From the NCBI GenBank assembly GCA_964454445.1, contig CAYVTD010000012.1, forward strand, positions 45 to 64,044: a DNA stretch of 64,000 nt. Reading direction: 5' to 3'. Both the position numbers and the translations under genes were made by a program. Under the pieces are notes generated by a model that was not told where the DNA came from, did not search any database, and saw nothing but the letters and a program-made list of their open reading frames with translations. Position 1 is the first letter of the stretch; each line of letters begins with the position of its first letter. Positions 37,688 to 47,015 of the stretch are shown here, piece after piece. This DNA comes from an uncultured Hyphomicrobiales bacterium (lineage in GTDB: Bacteria > Bacteroidota > Ignavibacteria > Kapaibacteriales > UBA2268).

Positions 37688-39580
37688 ATGAGAAAATGGC
37701 GTATTGAAGATTCTGTCGAGTTATACAATGTAAAAGGCTGGGGCATAGATTATTTCGATATAAACGAAAAAGGCAGCGTAACGGTAACACCTAAAGCAGG
37801 AATGCCTGGCATCGATTTAAAAGAGTTGCTCGACGAATTGCATATTCGCGATGTCTCAATGCCTGTTTTATTGCGCTTTCCAGATATACTTGGCGACAGA
37901 ATCGCCGGCATCAACGATTGCTTTGAAAAGGCATCGGAAGAATTTGGTTTCAAGGGCAAATTTTATAGTGTATATCCTATAAAAGTCAATCAAGTAAGAC
38001 CTGTTGTCGAAGAACTGATGAGCTATGGCGATCAATACAACATCGGTCTCGAAGCAGGCTCGAAGCCCGAATTGCACGCAGTTCTTGCGATTATGAATAA
38101 TCCTGATGCCTTAATTATTTGCAATGGTTACAAAGATGAAGATTTCATCGAACTTGCCTTGCTTGCTCAAAAAATGGGTCGCAAGGTTTATATAGTTGTT
38201 GAAAAATTGAACGAATTGAAGCTAATAATCAAACTCGCAAAAAAGCATAAAATAAGACCAAACATTGGTATAAGAATCAAACTTGCAAGCTCGGGCAGCG
38301 GGAAATGGGAAGAATCGGGCGGCGACCAAAGCAAATTTGGTCTGATGGCTAGCGAATTGCTCGAGGCAATCAGTATTGCAAAAGACCATAATGTATTAGA
38401 TTGCATTAAATTAATCCATTTCCACCTCGGCAGTCAAATAACAAAAATACGCAAGATCAAGAATGCCTTGCGAGAAGCAGCTCAATTTTACGTTCAAATG
38501 TGGAAAATGGGCTGTCAAGTAGAGTTTGTCGATGTTGGCGGCGGGCTTGGTATTGATTACGATGGCTCGAGGGCTTCTGCGTCGAGTTCGAGCGTGAATT
38601 ATTCAATTCAAGAATATGTAAATGATTCGATTTTTATGTTTCAAGATGCCAGTGATAAAAACGACTTGCCTCATCCCAACGTTATTGCCGAATCGGGCAG
38701 GGCATTGACGGCGCACCACTCTGTTTTGGTGTTCAATGTTCTCGAGAAAACATCATTGCCCATCTGGAGAAACGATTTTAAAATTGATGATAATATGAAT
38801 GAACTTGTTGTCGAGTTGCGCGATATTCATTCTCTCATTTCAACAACTACTTTACTCGAATCATGGCATGATGCTCTTCAAATACGCGAAGAGGTTCTCG
38901 ATCTCTTCAGTTTGGGAATGCTCGACTTGGAAACTCGCGCCCTTGCCGAACAGCTATTTTGGACAATAGCCCGGGAAGTCTATCATCTATCAGTCGATAT
39001 AAAGCATCAACCCGACGAAATACGCCAATTTGCAAAGAAACTGACGGATAAGTATTTCTGTAACTTTTCTTTGTTTCAATCACTTCCAGATTCTTGGGCA
39101 ATTGACCAGGTCTTTCCGATAATGCCTATCCACCGATTAAACGAAAAACCAGAGCATCCTGCTTCCATTCAAGACATTACCTGCGATTCTGATGGTAAAA
39201 TTGATAGATTCATTGGTTTTGGCGATGATGCTAACCGCATAATGTTACACAGCTTAAGAGATGACGAACCATATTATCTCGGTGTGTTTCTTGTAGGCGC
39301 ATATCAAGAAATTCTCGGCGACCTCCACAACCTTTTTGGAGATACCAATGCCGTGCATGTTACTGTTAACAACAATGGTTACGAAATAAAGAAGATTATT
39401 GATGGCGAAACAGTCGATGAGGTCTTGGGCTATGTGCAATACAACTCAAAATCGATGGTGCGTAGTGTCGAAAAATGGGTCGCTTCATCGATGAAAGAAG
39501 GAAAGATTTCGTCTAAAGAAGGCAAAGAGTTTCTTGACAACTATCGTTCGGGGCTGTTCGGTTATACTTATTTGGTTTAA
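37688..39580 (+). CDS. speA: Biosynthetic arginine decarboxylase
   Basis: The N-terminus (MRKWRIEDSVELYNVKGWGIDYFDINEKGSVTVTP) aligns with SpeA N-termini. It shows the PLP-dependent Orn/Arg decarboxylase fold throughout. Confidence 0.9.
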   Translation: MRKWRIEDSVELYNVKGWGIDYFDINEKGSVTVTPKAGMPGIDLKELLDELHIRDVSMPVLLRFPDILGDRIAGINDCFEKASEEFGFKGKFYSVYPIKVNQVRPVVEELMSYGDQYNIGLEAGSKPELHAVLAIMNNPDALIICNGYKDEDFIELALLAQKMGRKVYIVVEKLNELKLIIKLAKKHKIRPNIGIRIKLASSGSGKWEESGGDQSKFGLMASELLEAISIAKDHNVLDCIKLIHFHLGSQITKIRKIKNALREAAQFYVQMWKMGCQVEFVDVGGGLGIDYDGSRASASSSSVNYSIQEYVNDSIFMFQDASDKNDLPHPNVIAESGRALTAHHSVLVFNVLEKTSLPIWRNDFKIDDNMNELVVELRDIHSLISTTTLLESWHDALQIREEVLDLFSLGMLDLETRALAEQLFWTIAREVYHLSVDIKHQPDEIRQFAKKLTDKYFCNFSLFQSLPDSWAIDQVFPIMPIHRLNEKPEHPASIQDITCDSDGKIDRFIGFGDDANRIMLHSLRDDEPYYLGVFLVGAYQEILGDLHNLFGDTNAVHVTVNNNGYEIKKIIDGETVDEVLGYVQYNSKSMVRSVEKWVASSMKEGKISSKEGKEFLDNYRSGLFGYTYLV

Positions 39581-39611
39581 ATCTTAGTAAGGAACTTTTT
39601 TAGGTTGATAT

Positions 39612-41120
39612 TTAGTTTTTACCTGAATATAAAGGCTTATTCGCTTGAAAATCATACAAGGACAAACGACGTATCCTAAAATATGAAATCCAGTAATTTT
39701 GAAGTGTATAAATGTAAGATTGCATTGCCGCATCTTTTTCATTTTGAGCAATAAAGAGCGAATTCATATCAATTTTCCCAATTATATACCTGTTTTTCGC
39801 CACATCAAATCTGCGTGCAGCTATTGTATCTGCCCTTGCCGCAACTGCTACTTGTTTCTGAAGTTGCTTGAAGCGTAAAATCTGATATTTAACCTCTAAA
39901 TCGAACTCATATTTTGACTTTTCAACCGAAGTAAGCACTCTTTCGCTGTTAGCCAAAGCAGCTTCGTATTCTGCAGAGCCTTTTCCCCATTGCACGATAG
40001 GCACAGTAAAACTTAAATTAAGCGATTCTTGATCAAGCAAGTCTTTATAGACCTTTGGCAAATTGCCTGCACTCTGGTTGTATCCGATACTAGCGTTAAT
40101 CGTAGCCCCAAAACTGTTTATTCTCTCGGTTCGTTTTAGCTCACGCTCGGCACGCAACTTTTGCAATTCAAAATCGATTCTATCGGAACGATTTTGCAAA
40201 GCCATTTCTAATGCTTTTTCGGCAGAAACTTCAAAATCAGGGAGTTCGAAAGGTGGCAGAAAAGTAAACTCTTCCGTGCCTTCGAAGCCCATGGTTTTCA
40301 ATAGATCTTCCGAAGCCCGACTATAATCGAGCATAGCGTTTTCAAGTTCAATTTTTTTATTGCTCAGGGCAAGTTCGCTTTGTAGTAAGTCATTTTCAGC
40401 TATTGTCCCTACCTGAAAGCGTCCCTGAGCAAGCTGATAAAGTGTATCGTTGACTGCTACATTCTTGAGGGCATTTTCCACTTGCATTTGTTTGATATAC
40501 AAGTCGAAAAATTTTGTTGTTACTTCAATGGAAATGTCCTCGAGCCCTTCTACCAATTGCCTGTCTGCCATTTCATAATTAAGTTCGTTTTCTTTACTGT
40601 CCCAAGGATATGGATTGAAACGAAATATTGGTTGAGATATACTCAAATTGATTGGCGTCGAGCGCCATAGCATACTTTCGTTTGTTTCCAGAATATCGAT
40701 ACGGGATACACCCGAACTTAAACTGATTTCTCCACCTGTTAAGGGAATACTCTGTGTTAAATTAAGATTGAGATAGCTCGAGAGCTGACTTTGAGGAAAA
40801 AATAAATCATTGCCATTAATTGGAAAAGTACGGATAGTGCGAGTAAGCCCCGGAGCGGATCCGCTTAAACTTAATTGAGGATAATATCCTGAGCGAAATG
40901 CCCTGTAATTCTCTTTTTTTTGCTTATAAATATTATTTAACATTTTCGCTGAATAACCGCGATCCTTCGCTATTTCAATACATTGCCAGAGTGTCAATGT
41001 TTGTTGTGCATTTGTTTTCGCAATAAACAACAAGACAAAGAACAGAAGGCAAATAGTAATCTTTAAAAATTTTAAGTTCATATCCTTTCCTTGAGTTTTT
41101 ATCATCTCATCATTACTCAT
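39612..41120 (-). CDS. TolC-family outer membrane efflux protein
   Basis: It has a signal peptide, is ~500 aa, and has a two-repeat OEP architecture; it is the last gene of the efflux operon. Confidence 0.7.
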   Translation of the reverse strand: MSNDEMIKTQGKDMNLKFLKITICLLFFVLLFIAKTNAQQTLTLWQCIEIAKDRGYSAKMLNNIYKQKKENYRAFRSGYYPQLSLSGSAPGLTRTIRTFPINGNDLFFPQSQLSSYLNLNLTQSIPLTGGEISLSSGVSRIDILETNESMLWRSTPINLSISQPIFRFNPYPWDSKENELNYEMADRQLVEGLEDISIEVTTKFFDLYIKQMQVENALKNVAVNDTLYQLAQGRFQVGTIAENDLLQSELALSNKKIELENAMLDYSRASEDLLKTMGFEGTEEFTFLPPFELPDFEVSAEKALEMALQNRSDRIDFELQKLRAERELKRTERINSFGATINASIGYNQSAGNLPKVYKDLLDQESLNLSFTVPIVQWGKGSAEYEAALANSERVLTSVEKSKYEFDLEVKYQILRFKQLQKQVAVAARADTIAARRFDVAKNRYIIGKIDMNSLFIAQNEKDAAMQSYIYTLQNYWISYFRIRRLSLYDFQANKPLYSGKN

Positions 41121-42459
41121 ATCTCAAAGATTCTATTGGATTTTGCTCTGCAGCTCTTTTTGCGGGCATTATTCCAAAAATTATCCCGATTGTTATCGAA
41201 ACAAAAAAAGAAATTGCGATGGAATACCAAGTTACAATAGTCGGTATCTCAGTAATCGATTCGATAACATAACTAGCCGCAATTCCCAATGCTATTCCAA
41301 TCAGACCACCCGTCAAACTGATAGCAACCGCTTCACTAAGAAATTGCATCAGCACATCTTTTTTCTTTGCTCCTATCGCAAGCCGAATGCCTATTTCCTT
41401 TGTCCGCTCCATCACCGAAGCGAGCATAATATTCATAATGCCAATACCACCAACAATCAATGAAATAGATGCTATCGTCCCCAACACCATATTGAAAATT
41501 TCCCTTGTTTGCTTTTCTTGCTGCAATAGTAATTCGGGCACTATTATTTCATAATCCAAAGCTTTATTATGCCTCCTGAAAAGCAATCGACTGATAACTT
41601 CAGCAGTTGGCATCATATATTTTGTACTTGTTAGAGTAACAGTCAATTTGTCGAGCTGGTTGGTATTTGTTTCCTCTTGGGAAGAAAACATATTTGGAGC
41701 TTTTATATCTCTTTGCGTAATAAGCCCTCTATTAATATATCTTATCAGCATGCTCGAAGCAGGGATATATACATCTAAATTAACATCACGGACGCCCAAA
41801 GATTTGATATTATCTTCAGAAATCCGTGAATCTTTCATCACACCAATAACTTTTAGCCACTGATTGCCACATTTTATTTGCTTACCAATTGCCTCCTCCG
41901 ACGAAAAAAGCCGCGATTTCACACTGGAGCCAATGACACAAACAGGCTCGTTTAATCTATCATAAGTCTCTGTAAAAAATCTGCCTGCTATCAATTCGAA
42001 ATCCTTGATTTTAAAAAACGAACTCGAAACGCCAACCAGCTTGATTTTCTGGCGAAATCCCTTGTGAATTGCATAAGTTTCCATTATTATTTCAGGAGTT
42101 ACATAATCAACATTTGGGACATTGTTCATAATGCTAATTGCGTCGGCTATTGAGAGCCCTGGTGAAAATCTTTTCTTTTTTGGGGTTTCTACCTGGGAAT
42201 TTTCACCTGTTCCAGTTGTTTCTTTTTCCTGCTGACTTTGCATTTTTTCATCGCTTAAAGCCTGTATAATAATATTATTAGCGCCAAGAAGCTTCATTTT
42301 CTCAAGAATTTTTTGCTGGGCGCCACGCCCAATGGCAAGCATAGCTATCACGGAAGCAACGCCAAAAATAATGCCGAGCGAGGTTAGCACAGCCCTCAAT
42401 TTGTTCGTACTCATTGCCTCCAAGGCAATGGCAAAGTTGCTTAAAAATGAATTATACAT
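41113..42459 (-). CDS. ABC transporter permease, FtsX/MacB family, with no fused ATPase
   Basis: It has an N-terminal transmembrane helix (LRAVLTSLGIIFGVASVIAMLAIG), a large periplasmic domain, and three C-terminal transmembrane helices. It overlaps the TolC gene by 8 nt. Confidence 0.75.
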   Translation of the reverse strand: MYNSFLSNFAIALEAMSTNKLRAVLTSLGIIFGVASVIAMLAIGRGAQQKILEKMKLLGANNIIIQALSDEKMQSQQEKETTGTGENSQVETPKKKRFSPGLSIADAISIMNNVPNVDYVTPEIIMETYAIHKGFRQKIKLVGVSSSFFKIKDFELIAGRFFTETYDRLNEPVCVIGSSVKSRLFSSEEAIGKQIKCGNQWLKVIGVMKDSRISEDNIKSLGVRDVNLDVYIPASSMLIRYINRGLITQRDIKAPNMFSSQEETNTNQLDKLTVTLTSTKYMMPTAEVISRLLFRRHNKALDYEIIVPELLLQQEKQTREIFNMVLGTIASISLIVGGIGIMNIMLASVMERTKEIGIRLAIGAKKKDVLMQFLSEAVAISLTGGLIGIALGIAASYVIESITEIPTIVTWYSIAISFFVSITIGIIFGIMPAKRAAEQNPIESLRYE

Positions 42460-42462
42460 ATC

Positions 42463-43713
42463 CTATTGGTTTTTCCTGACAGCACTTTGCACTTCCGATT
42501 TAAATTCAGCGGGAACCGACAAATAAATCTCGTCGTCCTTTTTTAATCCCTTTTTGATGATCGCCTCATTGTCATTGACTAAACCGAGTTTCACAATCTG
42601 TTTCACAGGCGAACCATTTACAGATTTATAGACAAAAGTCGTATCGTTCGAGCTATGAATACACTCCAAAGGCACAAAAATGGAGTTGTCGATAGTTGCT
42701 GTTTTTATTTCATTACTCGTAGTCATTGCTGGTCGAAGCATTGTACCTGACTCCAAGACAGTAATCACGACCTCAAACACTTTGGAATCGGAATTTCGCC
42801 TCTGTTCGCCAATATTTGCAACACTTTTCACAATTCCACTCAATTTTTTTGCAGGATCTGCATCCAACGCAATTTTCACCTTCTGACCTGTCTTCAACTT
42901 TTGAATATCAGTTTCATTCACATAAGTTACTGACTCCATTTCAGTTAAATCAGGTAGTTCAGCCACTGTTGGGTTCCATGCTGCAACTGTGCTGCCAACT
43001 GTTATTTTTCTGCCGTCCCATTCTCGTGAATATATTACCATCCCGGCAGCAGGCGCTTTAATAGTAAACTCAGACATTATACTCATCAATTTCGATAATT
43101 TTTTCAACTTTTTTGACAAATCTGTATTGATAATTGAAATATCCGTTAATGCCTTTTGCACTTTTGTTTCATAATTATTTACAGCCTGCTTATAAGCTCT
43201 TTCCGCCTTTTCATAGTTCATTTCTGCTTGCCTTTTTGTTGCAGGCGGTTCATATTTTGATTGTTCAATAAGCAATTTCTGCTCTTCCATGCTATATCGA
43301 TAATTTTCAATTTCGTTGCGAGCCTGTGTAAGTGTCAAAGTGCTATCTAGCTTGCTTTGCAAAAGCTTTGTTCGTTCCTGCTCGATGTTCAATTGTTCAT
43401 CTTTAATCTTTGTCAATACGTCGGTTTTATCTAATTCTGCAACAAAAGCACCGCTATCAACAACCGTCCCTTCTGGAATTAACTTCGATATTTTCATCTG
43501 ATAAATCTCTATCGTCGTTGCTTGCATCGGACCTCGAATCTCGATTGAGTTTTTTGCGCGAAGTTCGCCAGAGGTCGTTACAGTTACATTGAACTTGCCA
43601 TAACTTGGCTTTATAATTATATCAGCGCTTTCTTCCTTATTAAAATACAAGAACTTAACTGCGATTGCCAGAGCAATGACAATAATCAGCGCAACAATAA
43701 TTCTAATCTTCAT
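42463..43713 (-). CDS. HlyD-family periplasmic adaptor (membrane fusion protein)
   Basis: It has an N-terminal transmembrane segment, a long coiled-coil region, and a beta-barrel/lipoyl-like C-terminus. Confidence 0.75.
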   Translation of the reverse strand: MKIRIIVALIIVIALAIAVKFLYFNKEESADIIIKPSYGKFNVTVTTSGELRAKNSIEIRGPMQATTIEIYQMKISKLIPEGTVVDSGAFVAELDKTDVLTKIKDEQLNIEQERTKLLQSKLDSTLTLTQARNEIENYRYSMEEQKLLIEQSKYEPPATKRQAEMNYEKAERAYKQAVNNYETKVQKALTDISIINTDLSKKLKKLSKLMSIMSEFTIKAPAAGMVIYSREWDGRKITVGSTVAAWNPTVAELPDLTEMESVTYVNETDIQKLKTGQKVKIALDADPAKKLSGIVKSVANIGEQRRNSDSKVFEVVITVLESGTMLRPAMTTSNEIKTATIDNSIFVPLECIHSSNDTTFVYKSVNGSPVKQIVKLGLVNDNEAIIKKGLKKDDEIYLSVPAEFKSEVQSAVRKNQ

Positions 43714-43882
43714 TTTTAAAAATCATTTTATTCATAATTCAAAATTTTTATTTGGAAATATACGATTTTTAATATGAATTGTTGCTGATCTTTTAAAAAT
43801 TTGACAATAATCTATTGCTCTGAATTGTTAAAAAGAGAGTATCTTACTGTGGAATTATTGATATTGGGATAATATCTCAGAA

Positions 43883-43913
43883 ATAAAAAAAAATCTCAGG
43901 GAGATTTTTTTAA
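43883..43913. terminator. A/T-flanked hairpin, a probable bidirectional intrinsic terminator downstream of the porin operon
   Basis: The sequence is AAAAAAAAATCTC-AGG-GAGATTTTTTT: a perfect 7-bp stem extended by A/T runs on both sides. Confidence 0.4.
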
Positions 43914-44147
43914 AACAATCTAAATGTCTAAGAAATGAGATGCTTATAGAAGCGAAGTTCAACGATATGATCCTTTGATGTCTAAAAAAGACTGTCCCAA
44001 AAATGATAATTTTATTATTCAAAAACCGGGGTAGATTTTATAAATATTTATTTTTAAATAAGATAACTTATTTTAAAATAAAATTTCTCATAATTGGGAC
44101 TTTTCCCTTTGAAATAATTTAGAACAGACCGGATAATAATCGATTAA

Positions 44148-45392
44148 TTAAAATCCGATGGTAGCTTCGAGAGTAAATCCATTGAATTTAGCCCCGGCAT
44201 ATTTGCTTGTAGCGGCAAAATCTTCATAAGATTGAGTAACATAGTTTAATTTGGCAAGAATGTTTTCAGTGAGATACCAACCGGCTGCAGCTTGAATTCT
44301 ATTAATGGTTACTTTATCATTAAGGGCGGCGGCATCATCTCCAGAAACGGAATTGTATCTACCTCCTATATAAAATTGATCTCTATATCCAAATCTGTAA
44401 ATCAATTCCGAAGCTATCTGCGACCAGCTAATGTTGTCGTCTGATGAAGTCTCAAAAGTTGAGAAAAGCTCGAATCCTTGGTATTTTAAAAGATTATTGA
44501 ATTGGATGGCAGTAATTCTCTTTTTAAAGGCAGGAGCGTATCTACCAGCACGAAAATCGGCGGCGGCTCCTTTTTCTTGGATAACACTGTAAAAACGAGA
44601 GCCTGTCCTATCGCCACTATATAAATTAATGCCACTTGCTTGTGCTGTATGATAAAGAGAGCCGGTAATTCTCAAACGAAAATCATCTGTTAGTTGTTTA
44701 TCATAACCAACTTTAGCAATGATAGCGGGGGTTGTGGACTCAGGATTAACGACATTCTGATTTAATTTTGCGTTCGAGAATCCAGCCATAGCGATAACAC
44801 CAGAGCGAAAATAATATAATTCAGCCCCTACTTCAGTAACAAAAGCATCCATTATGTAATTGCCTACAAAAGCATTTCTAATGGCATTGCCGTTGTCAGA
44901 ACGCCTGAAATGAGCATCACCATAGTTATTTTCCATTTGCCCTACTTTTATCCTGGCATATTTCATAAAATCAGACAAGAAACCCTCGGATATAAAATTG
45001 AGATTATCGATTTGCAGATACCCGCCTTTTACCCAAGTTTCATTGTGGTGGTTTGATGCAAGGTAAAGCTCCATATTAAGCAAAACACCATCAGCAAGCT
45101 GTGCATCGATTGTCATATTAGCCGTAGGAAGGTTAAAATCACTTCCAAGCTTGATCAGATTATCTTTATCGTTGGAATGTGAGATTGCCTGCATTTGCAA
45201 AGCAAATGCACCACCTATTCTTACTTTTTTTCCTGTGTATTTGACATTATCGTTCTTTGGAGCTTCAAACATATTGACTGCTTCCTGTCCATTTGAGACG
45301 TGATTTTGAAGTTCGGCGAATTGAGAGAATGCTATGTTGCTTGCAAAAACGAAAGCAACGACAACTGCTAATTTAGCGGTAAATTTCGACAT
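44148..45392 (-). CDS. Putative outer-membrane porin (beta-barrel, C-terminal Phe)
   Basis: It has a signal peptide, an amphipathic beta-strand pattern, and ends ...LEATIGF. Confidence 0.5.
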   Translation of the reverse strand: MSKFTAKLAVVVAFVFASNIAFSQFAELQNHVSNGQEAVNMFEAPKNDNVKYTGKKVRIGGAFALQMQAISHSNDKDNLIKLGSDFNLPTANMTIDAQLADGVLLNMELYLASNHHNETWVKGGYLQIDNLNFISEGFLSDFMKYARIKVGQMENNYGDAHFRRSDNGNAIRNAFVGNYIMDAFVTEVGAELYYFRSGVIAMAGFSNAKLNQNVVNPESTTPAIIAKVGYDKQLTDDFRLRITGSLYHTAQASGINLYSGDRTGSRFYSVIQEKGAAADFRAGRYAPAFKKRITAIQFNNLLKYQGFELFSTFETSSDDNISWSQIASELIYRFGYRDQFYIGGRYNSVSGDDAAALNDKVTINRIQAAAGWYLTENILAKLNYVTQSYEDFAATSKYAGAKFNGFTLEATIGF

Positions 45393-45446
45393 ATTGATTT
45401 AACCTGTGTTAGTTAATAAAATTAATAAATGTATTTGAGATGTTTG

Positions 45447-46142
45447 TTACTTTTTTGAATACAAATCGGAAGCGACTTTGAGATCGATGAATAAAGTGAT
45501 GTTCTCATTTGCTTTGATTAAACCGAAGAGGGCTTGAGGCGGTTTGATGTCGAAGTCTTTCATATTCAATTTAACGGAGCTTTGCACTCTGTATCTTAGA
45601 TCTGTTTCGATGGTGCTTATGGTTGCTTCCAAATTGATAGGCTTGGTTTTACCGGCAATGCTCAAAGAACCTTTGACGAGAACAGTCGATTTTTTCCCTG
45701 TTTTATCAAAAGAAAGCAAGGATACGTTTTCAACCTTGAATGAAATGAATGCAAACTTTTCGGCTTTGAGGGCATCATACATATCTTCATTCATCATCTT
45801 TTTGCCACAATCGAGTGTTTTAGTCTTGACATTGAAAAAGGCATCGGCAAAATACTTAGTGGAAGCGTCTTTCCAATTGTCAATCCTTGCCATTAATGGA
45901 ACAGAATCGAGCATCGCTTCACCATTGACGAGATATGTAAAGCAAGAGAAGTCATCAACAGTAGATGTGCCTTCAACCCAGATCTTGCTATCTTTTGTGA
46001 TATAGTATTTTCCGAGTATAGATGCAAAAGAATTATTGACATTTACCAGAAAAATACTTATGATTAAAGCAGCAACGAAATATTTTTGCGATTTGTGAAT
46101 CCCTTTAGCTGCTTTGCCGATGTTATTTACAAAACTTTTCAT
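45447..46142 (-). CDS. YceI-like family periplasmic protein (paralog 2)
   Basis: It has a signal peptide and YceI-like blocks (GSLSIAGKTKPINLE ... DFDIKPP). Confidence 0.55.
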   Translation of the reverse strand: MKSFVNNIGKAAKGIHKSQKYFVAALIISIFLVNVNNSFASILGKYYITKDSKIWVEGTSTVDDFSCFTYLVNGEAMLDSVPLMARIDNWKDASTKYFADAFFNVKTKTLDCGKKMMNEDMYDALKAEKFAFISFKVENVSLLSFDKTGKKSTVLVKGSLSIAGKTKPINLEATISTIETDLRYRVQSSVKLNMKDFDIKPPQALFGLIKANENITLFIDLKVASDLYSKK

Positions 46143-46145
46143 GAT

Positions 46146-46754
46146 TTATTCTTTATTTAAAGATAATTCAAAAAATACTTTTACTTCATTTCCAGCTTTT
46201 ATTGTTCCTAAAAACATTGTTGGGGGTTTGATTCCATAATCTGTCATCTTGACTACTGTATTGCCTGTAACGGCAATTGATCCGCTGTTGTCTTTAAAAA
46301 TAACATCAAAACTAACTAGCTTAGTAACCCCTGAAATGGTAAGCTCGCCATTAACCTTTGCTTTTATACTCTTTGGATTGACACTTGACAAATCGTTAGA
46401 AGTAAGTTTAAACTTAATTTGGGGAAATTTTCCTTCGTTAAATGCCTCGTGCATATTTTCTGTCAAGTCCTCGTCATCATTTACAATTTTTTTGACTGGG
46501 ATAGTAATATTAGCTTCGACTAAGCTGCTTTGTGATGTCGGAGAAAAAAGCTCACTTGAAGTTTTTATCTTACCAACAATTTGTTTGACATCACATTTAA
46601 AGTTGTGTAAAGTTGAAGTGCCTTCCAACCACATTTTACTGTTGCCGTTGATTTTATAAGAAACAGTTTCTGCAAACGAATTGTTGAAATTAAAAGCAAC
46701 AGCAAAAACGATAGCTATTGTTAAAGCAAGTTTATTATTTTTTAGAAATCCCAT
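46146..46754 (-). CDS. YceI-like family periplasmic protein (paralog 1)
   Basis: It has YKI..., GELTISGVTKLV, MTDYGIKPP and GTIKAGNEVKVFFEL, aligned by eye to E. coli YceI. I chose the start at the second Met (MGFLKNNK), which is preceded by AGGAG at -7; the ORF track starts at 46778. Confidence 0.65.
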   Translation of the reverse strand: MGFLKNNKLALTIAIVFAVAFNFNNSFAETVSYKINGNSKMWLEGTSTLHNFKCDVKQIVGKIKTSSELFSPTSQSSLVEANITIPVKKIVNDDEDLTENMHEAFNEGKFPQIKFKLTSNDLSSVNPKSIKAKVNGELTISGVTKLVSFDVIFKDNSGSIAVTGNTVVKMTDYGIKPPTMFLGTIKAGNEVKVFFELSLNKE

Positions 46755-46802
46755 TTTTTTCTCCTCGAAATAAAACATTAATGAACAATTCCCTTAAATA
46801 AT

Positions 46803-46819
46803 TACAAGAGATGTGCCAT
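46803..46819 (-). promoter_or_regulatory. Candidate sigma-54 (-24/-12) promoter upstream of the YceI-YceI-porin operon
   Basis: The minus strand reads TGGCAC-ATCTC-TTGT, giving GG-N10-GT spacing against the consensus TGGCACG-N4-TTGC. It lies ~50 nt upstream of the chosen YceI start, directly downstream of the sigma-54 activator gene, and ~120 nt downstream of a tandem TCGTCGAA repeat. Confidence 0.35.
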
Positions 46820-46938
46820 TCAGTAGAAAATCAGTATAGAAAAGATATAAGTTGGTTAAAAAACGACTATTTAACGATTTAAAAAGAATAGATAGCAATT
46901 ATTGATTAATTATCATAAGAAGAAAAAAGAGCGAATTT

Positions 46939-46954
46939 TCGTCGAATCGTCGAA
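46939..46954. promoter_or_regulatory. Tandem direct repeat TCGTCGAA-TCGTCGAA, a possible upstream activator site
   Basis: The repeat is seen directly in the sequence. It sits ~120-135 nt upstream of the candidate -24 element, within the usual distance for a bacterial enhancer-binding-protein upstream activator site (UAS). Confidence 0.25.
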
Positions 46955-47015
46955 AAATAGTCGATTAAATGGGATAAAATTTTTGAAGTCAGAAAAAGAT
47001 AAGAAAAATGCGGAT

